Assembly (NCBI GenBank): GCA_963823665.1
Contig: CAWGMQ010000004.1
Location: forward strand, 992,001-1,056,000
Source: an uncultured Planctomycetota bacterium
Lineage (GTDB): Bacteria > Planctomycetota > Planctomycetia > Isosphaerales > Isosphaeraceae
Length of the DNA: 64,000 bases
Direction of reading: 5' to 3'
The notes under the pieces were generated by a model. It made no database searches, was not told the DNA's origin, and saw only the letters and a program-made list of their open reading frames with translations. Made by a program: the position numbers and the translations under genes. Of this stretch, positions 1-10,587 are shown piece by piece; the first letter of the stretch is position 1; each line of letters opens with the position of its first letter.

Positions 1-42
1 GGTGCGACATTGAGTGCCGTCAAGATGAAGGGAAGAACCATC

Positions 43-1017
43 ATGAATATCGGCTGGATCGGAACTGGTCGCATGGGCTACCCGATGGTGACTCGGCTGT
101 CAAAGGCCGGCCATAGCATTCGAGTTTGGAATCGGAGCATCGACAAGGCGCGGCCGCTGGCCGCCTTGGGCGCCCAAGTCGTCGACCGGCTGGAATCTCT
201 GGGCGGCCTCGACATTCTCTTTACCGTCGTCACGAGCGGGAACAGTCTGCATGAGGTTTGTTTCGGACCGTCCGGCGCCTTTGCCGATACCAAGACCAAA
301 GTTCCGCGCATCCTGGTGGATTGCTCGACGATTGGAGTCGCGGAATCCGAGGTGTTGCGCGAGAAGCTGACAAAACGACAGGTCGCCTATCTGGCAGCCC
401 CGCTCAGCGGTAATCCAGAATGCGTCGTGGCCGGGCAGTTGTCCAGCGTCGTCTCGGGCCCGCGACAGGCCTTTGACGAGGCGGAGCCATTGATCAAGAC
501 CTATGCAGTGCGCGGCGCCGTCTATGTCGGTGAGGGCGACCTCGCGAGGATCTGCAAGATCGCCCACAACACCTTCCTCGCAGGGGTGATGGAAAGCTTG
601 ATGGAGGTCACTTTGTTGGCCGAGAAGGCTGGCGTAGCGCGCGACACCTTCCTGGAGTTCATCAACAAAAGCGTGATGGGCTCAGGGTTCACTCAGTACA
701 AATCCAGGGCGCTGGTGAATCTCGATTTCACGCCGACGTTCACGGTGCCGCTGCTCCTCAACAAAGATCTTCAACTCGGCCTTGATGCCGGCCGGAGGCT
801 CGGAGTCACGATGCCGGTCGCGTCCGCGACGCGGGAAATCCTCCAGTCGCATGTCGGCCTGGCATCCCAAAGGCCGGATGCCAAGGCCTACCTGGAAAAC
901 GACTTTGCGGCGGTCATTGAAACGCTCGCGGCCCTTTCCGGCATGAAGCTGGTGCCGGAAAACGTTCATGTGCCAACCGGACTTGAGGTGCCAGAGGATT
1001 CGCCCGGGCCCGACTGA
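43..1017 (+). CDS. NAD(P)-dependent oxidoreductase, 3-hydroxyisobutyrate/6-phosphogluconate dehydrogenase family
   Basis: N-terminal IGWIGTGRMGYPM Rossmann motif, VDCSTI, APLSG and CKIAHN motifs; ATG at 43. Confidence 0.9.
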   Translation: MNIGWIGTGRMGYPMVTRLSKAGHSIRVWNRSIDKARPLAALGAQVVDRLESLGGLDILFTVVTSGNSLHEVCFGPSGAFADTKTKVPRILVDCSTIGVAESEVLREKLTKRQVAYLAAPLSGNPECVVAGQLSSVVSGPRQAFDEAEPLIKTYAVRGAVYVGEGDLARICKIAHNTFLAGVMESLMEVTLLAEKAGVARDTFLEFINKSVMGSGFTQYKSRALVNLDFTPTFTVPLLLNKDLQLGLDAGRRLGVTMPVASATREILQSHVGLASQRPDAKAYLENDFAAVIETLAALSGMKLVPENVHVPTGLEVPEDSPGPD

Positions 1018-1582
1018 CCACCATCATGAAAGCGTGAATGAGTCTTTGTGTCGCTTCCATGGGAATCTCCGTTCGCGCTTTAATTCGCCTCGAATTCAGC
1101 TCGGACATCGCGACAATTCGCGGTCAAGTTTGTCGACAAAGTAACTCACAGCTTCCTTCGGCGGCGACGGCGACCGTCACCGCCGAAGAAAGCTCCGACT
1201 GAGGCAGATTCTCGTCGTTACTGGAGCGTGGTGAATTCCGCCTGGAAGCCGGCTTATGCATCGGGCATAAATCAGCCGACCCGGTGACTGTGCGCGAGCT
1301 CGGCCAGGCCAGTGCCGTTAAAGCCGTGCCCGCCCTGGTTGCCGAAATGGGAAATTTCCGCTGCCGTATGGCTCCCTCCTGACCAATGCCGGGCGGCTCC
1401 CAAGCGGCCCCACTCCGGCTCGGGATGCGCTGAAAGCGAAAGCATCCCGGGTGCCGGCGACGGTCCTTACGTCGGCGGTCGGTGCGCGGGCTGTGCGGTA
1501 CTGGTCCGATCTCCGGCCCGCACTTCAGCCCAACCCCTGACGCCAGCGGTGGATCGATCGACGCGGTGCGACACTTTGAGTT

Positions 1583-1598
1583 CGGCGCGGGAATTGCA
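1583..1598 (+). promoter_or_regulatory. Possible sigma-54 (-24/-12) promoter for the CBS gene
   Basis: CGGCGCGGGAATTGCA has GG-N10-GC spacing with TTGCA and lies ~70 nt upstream of the ATG at 1670. Confidence 0.35.
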
Positions 1599-1669
1599 CC
1601 TCTATCTCGAACGAGCCCCGTTCGCCAGCGCGAAGTCGGGGCGGTGGTTATTCCGTCAGGAGCAAAATC

Positions 1670-2098
1670 ATGTTGATTAGTGAAGTGATGACCCACGACG
1701 TTGAATTCATCAGACCCGACGACACTCTTCAGAACGCCGCACTCAAAATGAAAGAGCTTGGAGTGGGCACATTACCCGTGTGCGAGAACGCGGGCGTCGC
1801 GGGAATGCTCACCGACCGCGATATCACCATCCGTGCAGTCGCCGGAGGGAGGAACCCGCAGACCACGAAGGTCCGCGATGTGATGTCCACTGAGCTCGTG
1901 TGCTGCTACGAAGATCAAGAAGTCGAGGTCGCCGCTCATCTGATGCGTTCCCAGCAAATTCGGCGCGTCCTCGTTCTCGACCGAGACAAGCGGTTGGTGG
2001 GAATCGTCTCCCTCAGCGACCTGGCACTTGATGCACCGAGCGCCGAAGACGCCGGCGTGATCCTCCAGGACGTGTGCGGAGGCGCGTCTCAGGTTTGA
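1670..2098 (+). CDS. CBS-domain pair protein
   Basis: EVMT..., GMLTDRDITIRAVA and LVGIVSLSDL motifs; AGGAG RBS. Confidence 0.92.
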   Translation: MLISEVMTHDVEFIRPDDTLQNAALKMKELGVGTLPVCENAGVAGMLTDRDITIRAVAGGRNPQTTKVRDVMSTELVCCYEDQEVEVAAHLMRSQQIRRVLVLDRDKRLVGIVSLSDLALDAPSAEDAGVILQDVCGGASQV

Positions 2099-2110
2099 TT
2101 CGGACAAGCC

Positions 2111-3292
2111 CTAGACCAGGAACTCTCCGAGCGTCTTCAGAATCTCGCCAAGCGGAACGGATGTTCCCAGGAGCGGGATCATCGGCAGAACCGCGGCCAC
2201 CACAAGCACCAAAGATGCCTTTTTGTCGAACGGCAGCAAGAGCATCTGGTCAACGTGTTCAAACGCACGCGCGATCGCTCCCAGGGAGGCAACGTCGCGG
2301 CTGCCGAGAAGGTTTTCTTGCTTGCTGCTCGGGTTCCTGATCCACTTCTCGTCAAATTCGTGGTCGTGGGCCCAGATCAGGTTGCCGAAATCCAGCAGCC
2401 CGCGAAAACGACATCGCGCCAGCCGCCCGGTGAAGACGAGCAGCGGGGCGTGCAGGATCACCATCGCGATGCTCACAAAGATGATCACATGATACTTGAT
2501 ATCGTCAAGAGATGATCCGCCGTGCACGATCTCGCGGGCCAGACTGCCCGAGAGCACGGCCGAGACCGCCATCACGACCAGGCCGAAGCTCGCCATGCCC
2601 CAGCCCAGAAACCCGATTCCTCCCGCCCGGTCGGGGTGAGTCGGAGTGAGCTCGAGGTCCAGTCGCGACACGCGAAACAGAAACCATGCCCACAGAACAA
2701 ACAGCCAGAGCCAGCAGAGCACGAAGAAGTAGAGGACAGGCAGGCTGATCAAGATGTACCACCAGCCGGCGGGAGTGATCGCCGTACCCACGCGCTGCCA
2801 GCTTGAACCGGCGATTTGAAGATTTCCGACGGTTCGTATCAGCACCGAGAACGAGATTGCCACGATCGCGATGCCTACCTCCACGCCCGGTGCGTTCCGC
2901 AGGCGGGTGATCTCGGCAACCACAGCCTTGTACTCCGGGCGCTGGCGCTCGGGAATGAGACCCGAAGAGAGAAAGTGGCGCATCTGCACCCGTAAGCTTG
3001 TCTCGACCACAATCTGTGCCAGCTCGAGCAGCGGAACGACAAATAGAAACCGGGTGTGCACGACCGGGTCGAGCAAGAGCGGAATCGACACGTGCCCGCT
3101 CCAGGCGTGGCCGCGCAGCGCCGAGAGAAGCACGAGTGGAAGCCAGGTCGAAAGGACGAGCAGCGAGACTTTCAAGAGCCGCCGCGCGGGCGTTGGTGGC
3201 TCGAGCCCCAGCCGCTGCGCCAGAGCGTGGGCAAACCCGCCGCGGGCGAGCGCATGAACGCCAAGGTCGAGATCAGACGACTCGTTCGTCAT
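2111..3292 (-). CDS. Conserved hypothetical multi-pass membrane protein
   Basis: 393 aa with several hydrophobic helices and an HPDRAGGIGF motif. Confidence 0.75.
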   Translation of the reverse strand: MTNESSDLDLGVHALARGGFAHALAQRLGLEPPTPARRLLKVSLLVLSTWLPLVLLSALRGHAWSGHVSIPLLLDPVVHTRFLFVVPLLELAQIVVETSLRVQMRHFLSSGLIPERQRPEYKAVVAEITRLRNAPGVEVGIAIVAISFSVLIRTVGNLQIAGSSWQRVGTAITPAGWWYILISLPVLYFFVLCWLWLFVLWAWFLFRVSRLDLELTPTHPDRAGGIGFLGWGMASFGLVVMAVSAVLSGSLAREIVHGGSSLDDIKYHVIIFVSIAMVILHAPLLVFTGRLARCRFRGLLDFGNLIWAHDHEFDEKWIRNPSSKQENLLGSRDVASLGAIARAFEHVDQMLLLPFDKKASLVLVVAAVLPMIPLLGTSVPLGEILKTLGEFLV

Positions 3293-3347
3293 GTTTGGGA
3301 ATCATCGAGAATCTGTCGACGCGGCCATCGGTCGCCGCAGATCGTGC

Positions 3348-4535
3348 TTACTTTGCTGGCTTGACGCAACGGAAACCCAGGTGATTGCTCGCGGTCGAGA
3401 CTTCGCCCTTGCCCCGTGTGCCGATCATGTAGCGCGTGCAGTACTGTTCCGTGCAAAGGAACGAGCCGCCTCGATGAACGCGCTTGCGCTCGCGCGGTTC
3501 GAAGGGGTCGAAACTGCTCTCCGGGCCCTTCGGATTGCGAACGACGGTTCCTTTGTCGGCGGCGGCCACACATTCGGCATAACCGTCGGGGCGGTACCAG
3601 TCGGAGCACCATTCCCAGACGTTACCGGCCATATCGAGGAGGCCATAGCCATTGGGAGGAAACTTACCAACCGGGGCCACGCCCACGTACCCGTCTTCGC
3701 CCGTGTCTTTCACGGGGAAGTTGCCCTGATAGGTGTTCGCCATCCAGCGTCCGCTCGGCTGAAACTCATCACCCCAGGAGTAGGGCTTTCCGGCGACACC
3801 TCCTCGCGCGGCAAACTCCCATTCGGACTCGGTCGGGAGCCGCTTGACGGCCCACTTCGCGTAGGCCACGGCGTCCGCGTAGGCGATGTGCGTGACCGGA
3901 TAATCTTCGCGCCCCTCGATGCTGCTCTTGGGTCCCTCGGGATGCCGCCAGCTCGCGCCGTGCGCGTAGCGCCACCACCGGTAGTGATTGTCTAGCGGGA
4001 CTTCTTTTGGCGTAGGAGTAAATACCACGGAGCCCGCGACGAGATCCTCGGGCAGCGCACCGGGAAACTCGGCCGCGGTAGGCGTGCGCTCGGCCACCGT
4101 GATATAGCCCGTCGCCTTCACGAACACCGCATACTGCCGGTTGGTCACTTCGGTGCGATCCATCCAAAAACCGTCGACTGAAACACGGTGGATCGGGCGG
4201 GCGTCAGGCATGTCTTTATCGCCGCCATGGGGCAATCCCCGAGGGTCATCACAACCCATCGAGAACTCGCCGCCGGGAATCCAGACCATGCCCTCGGGGG
4301 CCACGCCCGGGGGCGCCGGGGCGGCCGGCTTGGTCTGCGTAAACGATTCCGGCGCTGATTGAGAGACCACCGGCGCGGGTGAATTGATCGAATGAGCCGC
4401 GGACGACTTCCACGCACGGACCGAGGCGTATGCAATACCGGCGCTGACCAAAAGGAGGCCCGCGCGGAGAAGCCACGTCTGGAACCAGTGTTCCTTCTGC
4501 TTTGGTTTCGAATACGACACGTTTTTCTTACCCAT
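3348..4535 (-). CDS. Formylglycine-generating enzyme family (SUMF1/FGE-sulfatase) protein with N-terminal anchor
   Basis: WIPGGEFSMG, RLPTESEWEFAARGG, NGYGLLDMAGNVWEW, RGGSFLC..YC and GFRCV motifs. Confidence 0.93.
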   Translation of the reverse strand: MGKKNVSYSKPKQKEHWFQTWLLRAGLLLVSAGIAYASVRAWKSSAAHSINSPAPVVSQSAPESFTQTKPAAPAPPGVAPEGMVWIPGGEFSMGCDDPRGLPHGGDKDMPDARPIHRVSVDGFWMDRTEVTNRQYAVFVKATGYITVAERTPTAAEFPGALPEDLVAGSVVFTPTPKEVPLDNHYRWWRYAHGASWRHPEGPKSSIEGREDYPVTHIAYADAVAYAKWAVKRLPTESEWEFAARGGVAGKPYSWGDEFQPSGRWMANTYQGNFPVKDTGEDGYVGVAPVGKFPPNGYGLLDMAGNVWEWCSDWYRPDGYAECVAAADKGTVVRNPKGPESSFDPFEPRERKRVHRGGSFLCTEQYCTRYMIGTRGKGEVSTASNHLGFRCVKPAK

Positions 4536-4653
4536 CGTTTCTCATCTCAGCATCTCGTTCGGGTGCCGGAAGGCGAAATGCGCTGGATGCGACTGCCCTA
4601 TGGTAACCGGTCGACCGACGCAGATCGATCCAGTGCCAGCAGCACGAGACGCA

Positions 4654-5403
4654 TTACCAGTCCGGAGTTAATGCCTCACCCCCGGCGATCGTCACGAGGG
4701 ATTTCAGCCGCTTCGCAGACGTCGAATCTGGCAAGAAACGGCAAGTAGCGTCGCCGAGTGCGACATTGGCTCCGCCTGAGTGATTGCTCGAAACGCTCGG
4801 ATACTTCCGATGGTTGACGTGCGAGCCCATCTTGTTCACATCGAGATCCTCAGGCTTGGTCCAGGGAATCTGCAAATTCGCCACTTCAACGACCATGAGT
4901 GTTTCCGCCGGGCGGTCGGTGACCTGGTCGAGCCGGATCGATTCCGCGCCGGGAAACATCGTGCCGGGGCCACTGATCGCGAGATAGCTGGTGAATGCCG
5001 AAACACCCGGCCCCGGCGCGTGATTGCTCGGGCACCCGAACATGAAAGGCATGTTGCCCAGGAGCTTGATGTTGTTGGGGCCGTCCCACGGCTCGCGAAA
5101 ATCGTACTGGTCGTAGAGACTTTGTTGCTCCAGAAAAGGCAGAATGAGCACGCGCCAGCTATGCCGCGGGCGGCCTTGCTCGTCGGCGATATACGCCGGT
5201 GGTAAGGAACCGTAAGCCGCTTGATAGTTGTGCAAGGCGAGCGCAATTTGCTTGAGGTTGTTCACGCACGCGGCGCGGCGGGCCGCTGGCCAATTGCACC
5301 ACGTTGGCCTGGGGAAAAGCAGAGCGACCAGCAGAGCGACCAAGCCTCCCGCGAAGAGGATGGCTCTGATTTTGCGTGCGATAGCGATCGAACTGCTGGT
5401 CAT
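4654..5403 (-). CDS. DUF1559 domain protein (planctomycete family)
   Basis: CVNNLKQIALALHNY, HSWRVLILPFLEQ and HSGGANVALGD motifs; N-terminal TM helix. Confidence 0.9.
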   Translation of the reverse strand: MTSSSIAIARKIRAILFAGGLVALLVALLFPRPTWCNWPAARRAACVNNLKQIALALHNYQAAYGSLPPAYIADEQGRPRHSWRVLILPFLEQQSLYDQYDFREPWDGPNNIKLLGNMPFMFGCPSNHAPGPGVSAFTSYLAISGPGTMFPGAESIRLDQVTDRPAETLMVVEVANLQIPWTKPEDLDVNKMGSHVNHRKYPSVSSNHSGGANVALGDATCRFLPDSTSAKRLKSLVTIAGGEALTPDW

Positions 5404-5447
5404 GAGCTTGTCGCCATTAGCTGTTCGTTGTCATACGGGACGCTCGC

Positions 5448-6027
5448 TCATTCCGTGGCAATCGGCTCGCCTCCGGCGATTGTGAGCAGCGACCTGAGGA
5501 AATCGGTGCTGATCGATGCCTTCAGAAATCGGCATGAACCGTCAGCGAACAGGACCTGGGCACCCCCCGGGTGATCGCTCGAGATGCTCGGATTCTGCTT
5601 GTCATTGAGTTTCAAGCTCATCGTGCGAACATCCAGATCCTCGGGCTTGGTCCAGGGGATCTCCACGTCCGCTATATCGGCGGCCATCAATGTATTCGCC
5701 GAGCCATCGGTCACCTGTTCAAACCCGATCGATTCCGATCCCGGGAACATCGTGCCGGAGCCGGTGACCGTAGCCGAATTGATAATTGTGGAGAGCCAGC
5801 CCGATCTGCTTCGGGTTGTTCATACACTTGGATCGTCGGGGGACAGGCGCCTGCACGGCTCGATCGACGAGAATGAAGAGGCCTACGAGACAGCCTGCGA
5901 CAAAAATCACCCTCATCATCGTCCCGACCGTCATCTGGTATCGCCGCCGTGCGACCGGCGGGAAGTCGATATCGGACGATGTGCCTTCGATGATCTTCAC
6001 GAGCCAGTTCCACAGAGCGGGATTCAT
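5448..6027 (-). pseudogene. DUF1559 paralog with internal deletion and frameshift
   Basis: CMNNPKQIGLALHNYQFGYG joins out of frame to VTGSGTMFPG...HPGGAQVLFADG; about 80 codons present in the neighbouring paralog are missing. Confidence 0.8.
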
Positions 6028-6217
6028 TCACCAGGTGCCGTAAATGATAAGCAGTCGCTCGCAGATCAGCAAGCGCGCGACGATGGCTCACAAAACAGCT
6101 CGGATGCGCGGATTACCCCCGTCCGGCTTGCCCGGGTGAGCAATGCCACCTAAGATTGGTTCTGATTCTCACCGCCTGCCACAGCCGGGCCGGCCGCCAG
6201 GAGCCAGATACGCCACC

Positions 6218-7888
6218 ATGACGCGCCCTACACCACTGCTTGCGGGTTTGTTGATCGGCCTCGTCTCGAGCGCTCCGGCCTCGTCCGCGGCCGGACCGGA
6301 AACCGAATTCGCGTTCTTTCACGAAAACGTCCTGGGCACGTCGCTCGAGCTGCGGGTAAACGCACAGAGCCGCGCGGCTGCCCAGGCCGCCGAAGAGCGC
6401 GTGCTCGGTGAGATCGATCGACTGGCCGCCATCTTCAACGGCTACGACCCCTCCAGCGAGCTGTCGCGCTGGCAAGAGCGCCGCGCCTCCTCGCCGAAGG
6501 TCTCTCCCGAGCTGCTCGAAGTTCTGCAGCACTCGGATCTATGGATCTGCAAAACAGCCGGCGCATTCGACCCGCGAGCCGAGGCTCTCACGCGGCTGTG
6601 GTCTTCGAGCTCCCGTCTGGACCGGCTCCCGACCAAGGCTGAACTGGCGGGCGCCCGGGCTTTGATGGCGCCGCCGGCCTGGAAGCTCGACGCGGCCGCG
6701 CGCACCGCGGAGCGTCTCTCGGATTGCCCGATCAGCTTGAATGGGATCGCCAAAGGCTACATCGTCGGCCGCGCCTGCGAGGCGGCTCAGAGAAGCAAAG
6801 AAGTGCACGGAATTCTGTTGAACGTCGGCGGTGACATGCGAGTTTGCGGCGACTTCACCGGAACAATCGGGGTCGCTTCTCCCTGGGGCGACTCGGAATC
6901 GAGCGATCCGCTGGTCTTCATCAAGGTCAAAGATCGCTCGGTCGCCACCAGCGGAAGCTCCCAGCGCGGCTTTCGGATCGGCGGCAAGTGGTACTCGCAC
7001 GTCTTCGACCCGCGAACCGGTACCCCAGTCGAGCGCGTCGCGAGCGCGACCGTGGTTGCCCCGGGTGCAGTCGACGCCGATGCGCTCGCAAAGGCCTGCT
7101 GCGTGCTCGAGCCCGACCAGAGCATGCGCTTGGTCCAGAGTCTGCCGGACACGGAATGCCTGATCGTCATGGCAAGTGGTGAGCTCAAGAAGAGCAATGG
7201 CTGGCCGCTCCTCGAAAGCCCACCCCTTGTGGCACTGGGAGCAGCCGAGGATCCCCAGGCGCAGGGCAAGCCGGCAGCAGAGTCGACCAAACAAAAAATC
7301 GCGAAGAAGGCCGAGAAGAAACCACGTCCCGCCATCGCGTGGAACAAGGAGCTCGAGGTGCTCATCAACTTCGAGATCAACAACCCGGTAAGCGGCGGCG
7401 GGGACGACGAAGAGGAAAAGGGAACACGAGGGCGAGGGCGCGGAGGCCGGGGAGGGCGATACCGGAGGCCTTACGTGGCCGTCTGGGTCGAGGATGCCGA
7501 CGGTCATCCCGTGCGGACGCTCTCGCTCTGGGTCTCGTCGGGTGGTGCAGGGCCGTTTCAGTGGCTGCCCGACCTGAAGCGCTGGTACCAGGCCGATCAG
7601 GACCGGAAGCGCACCGAAAAGAAAGAGATCCTGTTCACCGTCTCTCGGCCGACACGGCCGCCCGGCAAGTACAAGGTCATCTGGGACGGCAAGGACAACA
7701 ACGGGAAGCAGCTCGCCGGCGGCGAGTACACGATCACGATCGAAGCGGCGCGCGAGCATGGGACGTATCAGAGCATCCGCAAGGAAGTGGTCATCGAGGG
7801 CAAACCATTCACCGAGGAACTCAAGGGGAATGTCGAGATCAAGTCCGCCTCGATCGAGTATCGCCGCAAGCCTGCGGCCAAAGAGTGA
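6218..7888 (+). CDS. apbE: FAD:protein FMN transferase ApbE fused to a C-terminal DUF2271 domain
   Basis: Signal peptide; ApbE motifs GAFDP, LNGIAKGYIV, VATSG, YSHVFDPRTG, ADALA; C-terminal YRRPYVAVWVED...WDGKD...EAAREHG. Confidence 0.88.
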   Translation: MTRPTPLLAGLLIGLVSSAPASSAAGPETEFAFFHENVLGTSLELRVNAQSRAAAQAAEERVLGEIDRLAAIFNGYDPSSELSRWQERRASSPKVSPELLEVLQHSDLWICKTAGAFDPRAEALTRLWSSSSRLDRLPTKAELAGARALMAPPAWKLDAAARTAERLSDCPISLNGIAKGYIVGRACEAAQRSKEVHGILLNVGGDMRVCGDFTGTIGVASPWGDSESSDPLVFIKVKDRSVATSGSSQRGFRIGGKWYSHVFDPRTGTPVERVASATVVAPGAVDADALAKACCVLEPDQSMRLVQSLPDTECLIVMASGELKKSNGWPLLESPPLVALGAAEDPQAQGKPAAESTKQKIAKKAEKKPRPAIAWNKELEVLINFEINNPVSGGGDDEEEKGTRGRGRGGRGGRYRRPYVAVWVEDADGHPVRTLSLWVSSGGAGPFQWLPDLKRWYQADQDRKRTEKKEILFTVSRPTRPPGKYKVIWDGKDNNGKQLAGGEYTITIEAAREHGTYQSIRKEVVIEGKPFTEELKGNVEIKSASIEYRRKPAAKE

Positions 7889-7895
7889 CCAGCCC

Positions 7896-8555
7896 TTGAC
7901 CTCCAAGCCGCCCGCGCGCCCGTTCAAGCGCCGGTTCAACATCCGGTTTGCCAAGCTCATGCGCTGGCTGCACATCTATCTGTCGATGTTCAGCCTGGCC
8001 GTCGTTCTTTTCTTCAGTGTGACCGGAATCACGCTCAATCACCCCGACTGGTTCTGGAGCGGAGCCGAAAGCACGCACGAGGCCGAAGGGGAAATCAAAC
8101 GGGCGTGGCTGCACATCGCGGGCGGACAAGCAACCGACGCGCCCGGCGACACCGACCGCCAGGTTTCCAAGCTAGAAATCGTCGAGTATCTGCGGAACAC
8201 CCACGCGATTCACGGCGCGCTGGCCGACTTTCGGGTCGACGAGGGCGAATGCGTCGTCGCCTTCAAGGGCCCCGGCTACGGCGCCGACGCCTTCATCGAC
8301 CGCGAGACCGGCCAGTACCGGCTGACCGAGACCTATCACGGATTCATCGCCGTGATCAACGACCTGCACAAGGGCCGCGATTCGGGGCCGGTGTGGTCGG
8401 TCCTGATCGACGTCTCGGCCGTGCTCATGACGCTCATCTCGCTCACCGGGCTGGTCCTTCTGTTCTATCTCAAGTTGAGACGGATTCCCGGGGTGATCGT
8501 CGCCGTGATCGGCACGGTCATCGCGTTCGTGCTTTATCGGATTGGCGTGCCGTGA
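7896..8555 (+). CDS. PepSY-associated TM helix domain protein
   Basis: RWLHIYLS, FFSVTGITLNHPDW and NDLHKGRD motifs; directly follows apbE; start approximate. Confidence 0.85.
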   Translation: MTSKPPARPFKRRFNIRFAKLMRWLHIYLSMFSLAVVLFFSVTGITLNHPDWFWSGAESTHEAEGEIKRAWLHIAGGQATDAPGDTDRQVSKLEIVEYLRNTHAIHGALADFRVDEGECVVAFKGPGYGADAFIDRETGQYRLTETYHGFIAVINDLHKGRDSGPVWSVLIDVSAVLMTLISLTGLVLLFYLKLRRIPGVIVAVIGTVIAFVLYRIGVP

Positions 8556-10587
8556 GAGAGCGCAGTGGCACCGGAGCGCGTGGTCTCCGTCGGTCGCGCT
8601 TCTGGCTCACCGCCTGGGTCACCGCGGCGCTGGTGCTCGCGGCCGGCACGCTCTTGCCCTGGTTCGCCATGGCGATCGAGCGCGATGACGTCGAGGCGAG
8701 CGAGTCGCCGCTTTTGCTTGCGGTCGCCAGGCAGCTCACCCACGGGCCGCGGGAGCTTTACGGGCCGTATGGCGCCGGCAATCCACTCGTTCTCATCCAT
8801 CCGCCGCTATATTACCGCCTGGCGGCGCTCTGTGCCTGGCCGATTGCGCGCGCGGGCATTGACGTTGAAACCGCCGCGCGGATCGCGGGCCGCACCCTTT
8901 CGCTTCTGGGGTGGATGGCGACGCTCGCCGGGGCGTTCGTTCTGGCTCGCGTTCCGAGCGCGCCCCGGAACGCAGGCTGGTGGGCCATCCTCTTGGCCGC
9001 GGCGACACCGGTCTACGGCGGGCTGCCGTTGGAGGTCCGTCCCGATCTGATTGGAGTCGCCCTTCAGACCTGGGGCGTCGTCCTCATTTTCGCCGCGCCG
9101 CTGAGGAACGGCCGGCCTGACAAACTGAAGATTCTGCTTGCATTCGCATTCTTCGCACTGGCGGGCTGTATCAAACAGCATCTGGTGGTGACACCCGGAG
9201 TCGCGTTCTTCCTTCTGATTGGAGCCCGAACGGCAGGGCGACCAGGCTGGAAGACGATTGCCGGTGCGCTGCTCGCTCGAGGCACTCATTCTGTTGTCGT
9301 ACTACGGATTCGAGGAGTGGTTAACGGCAGGACGGATGTCTCGTTCGATGCTGGCTGCGAAGGAAGCCGCTGTCATCCATCCGTCGACGTGGCAAAACGC
9401 CGGGGCTTTCATGCTGGTCTTGTGCTGGAAATGCGTCGGGCTGATTCTCGTGCTGGCGGCTGCGGCGGTCGCCGCAGTCTCGCGCAGAGACGGCCTCTGG
9501 CGACGCGTGCTGACGACGACCGGCGCTGCACTCATCGGTCTCGTGGCGGCGTTGACCATTGGCCAAGTCTTCGCGGTTACCCCCTGGATCAGCCAGTTGA
9601 TCGTACTCGGATTGGTTGTCACGACGGTATGCTTCACGCCGATCGGCGCCGCCGCTCTCCGTCGTGCCTGGCGGGCAGGCGAAATCGATCCTGCGCTTGC
9701 CCTCTTCCTGGTGGCTGAGTTCGCGCTTACAGCTTATCTCGTCGAGCGAAGCACCGGCGCATGGTACAACTATGCCGTCCAGGCAGTCGTATTCGCCTCG
9801 GTCCTTGCCGCGCGGGCACTGGCGCGGGATCGAGGAGACTCTGCCTGCGCGGCCGGCTCCGGCTCGTGCCGCCGTGTGGAACGCGATGGCGCGGGCTCTC
9901 GAAGAAGCGCTGCCAGAAGCCCGCGGGACCAAGGAGCACGGCACAGCGCTCGAAGCCCTGGCGCGGGCCCTTGACCAACCGCTGCCTTTTCGGGCCGTTT
10001 TCGCGGTCGCGGTCGCGGTTCTGGCCGTGCCGGCTTTCGCGCTGACCGACATGAAAGAGACCATCGCCCGCCGGCGAGCGGAGAGTGTCTTGATCCGCAG
10101 ACTGGCCGAGCGAACGGAGGTGAGATCCGACGCCGTCTTCTTCGCCGACCGGCCCGGGCTCAACCGGGTGCACGGGCGAGTGGACCTTGTTTATGATCCG
10201 TGGCTGTACCCCGTGTTCGAGTCGTTGGGCCTCGCCGAGCCGCGATCGGAATGGCTCGCCAAGGCGCTCGAGACCGGCCCGGTGCGGCTGATCGTGACGG
10301 CCGCGCCGCAAACGCGAATCGACGGCATTCCACGCGGACTTTCTGAGCTGGGATACACGCTGCGACTGCCGCTGGGCCCCTGGCTGGTCTGGACGCGGAG
10401 CCCTCCGCCGCCCCGGCGCGCCATTCGGGCCGATCGGCCCGGAACTCGGCCACCGCGATCCATCCGTTTTGTTGCCAACCCTATCGATCAAACTGCCAAC
10501 CTGTTACACTCGTGGGAGCCGACGAACGAATTCGCTGATCGTCGCGTCCGACCGGAATTCGAGCAGCAGAAAGCGAGCGAGTTGTGA
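8552..10587 (+). CDS. Polytopic membrane protein, possibly GT-C glycosyltransferase-like (frameshifts near 9280 and 9828)
   Basis: HPPLYY, RPDLIG, CIKQH and GAWYNY motifs spread over three consecutive overlapping frames; 3' end uncertain. Confidence 0.55.

Noticed and set aside
3348..4535. DGR target (FGE-sulfatase/CLec fold)
   Set aside because: No reverse transcriptase or adenine-variant template repeat was seen in the window, and the protein keeps ordinary FGE Cys motifs.
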